Assembly: GCA_035250975.1 (NCBI GenBank)
Contig: DATFEP010000011.1
Location: forward strand, 1-15,824
DNA length: 15,824 nucleotides
Direction: 5' to 3'
Origin: Nitrososphaeraceae archaeon
Lineage (GTDB): Archaea; Thermoproteota; Nitrososphaeria; Nitrososphaerales; Nitrososphaeraceae
The notes below the pieces were generated by a model, which was not told the origin of the DNA, did not search any database, and worked only from the letters and a program-made list of their open reading frames with translations. Positions 15,129-15,824 of this stretch are shown here, in pieces. Positions within the stretch are counted from its first letter, which is position 1, and each line of letters opens with the position of its first letter. A program made the position numbers and the translations under genes.

Positions 15129-15629
15129 TTAATCGCATAAAATATTTCCTTTTTCATCAATTTCACCATGTCTTATTCTTGTCGAAGAAAGTGGCCTTCC
15201 ATCCTTAGAATTTACCATTTTTATAACTACTACTTTCAATGGTTTCAGGTTTTTACTAACTCGTATCCTGTTTATTTCAGGAGTTTTAATATAAGTTTCT
15301 TCGCTTACCACGATTGCTTCAATTTTAACCGATGAGATTACAGGCCCAAAGTAATCTTCTAATTTTACTATTTCATAAGATGGATTTTCAAAATTATTGG
15401 AAATAGTTTGTTTCAGGTTTTCAAGACGTCTTTCATAATTATGTCGTATGTTAAATTCTGATTTAAATTTTTTTATAAATTCATCGCTAGTGAGACCAAT
15501 TATTGCATTTTGTCCTACACGAAATGTTTCGAATAATAATTTTAAGTGACCTTGGTGAATGCAATCAAATGTTCCACCAGTAGCTACTAAATTGAATTTT
15601 TTTTTCAATACAATCTCTACTTTTAACAT
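15129..15629 (-). CDS. coaD: Phosphopantetheine adenylyltransferase (archaeal/eukaryotic type)
   Basis: VATGGTFD.IH.GH (HxGH), IGLTSD, IVVSEET, IN.IR..KNL.PL, LSSTRIR.GEID. Start moved from GTG 15707, which lies inside the ferredoxin 3' end, to ATG 15629 (TTG 15608 is also possible). Confidence 0.88.
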   Translation of the reverse strand: MLKVEIVLKKKFNLVATGGTFDCIHQGHLKLLFETFRVGQNAIIGLTSDEFIKKFKSEFNIRHNYERRLENLKQTISNNFENPSYEIVKLEDYFGPVISSVKIEAIVVSEETYIKTPEINRIRVSKNLKPLKVVVIKMVNSKDGRPLSSTRIRHGEIDEKGNILCD

Positions 15630-15670
15630 AAAGAAGGATAACGTGATTATAGATATGATAGATTTTATGT

Positions 15671-15824
<154 letters not shown>

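Overview
AT-rich archaeal DNA whose gene set and protein styles fit an ammonia-oxidising archaeon (Nitrososphaerota, probably Nitrososphaeraceae/Nitrosocosmicus-like; this is an inference). Two housekeeping blocks are present. The first has a ferredoxin-domain protein, a rhodanese, an intron-containing tRNA-Ala(TGC), serA, a RidA-family gene and rpl15e. The second has pheT, pheS, trpS and coaD. Between them is a ~4.9 kb accessory islet containing a decayed DDE insertion sequence with recognisable terminal inverted repeats, a roadblock/DUF6659-like gene and a translationally coupled ycaO-tfuA (thioamide-forming) pair. Head-to-head with ycaO is a 58-aa ORF missing from the ORF track that looks like an NHLP/Os1348-type RiPP leader with no obvious core peptide, and the two genes appear to share one palindromic TATA element. 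This orphan thioamidation module in a presumed non-methanogen is the best candidate for an undescribed system. The window also begins and ends with the same 17 bp, and one ferredoxin-domain gene reads in frame across that junction, so the sequence behaves as a 15,807-bp circle or a permuted/looped contig.
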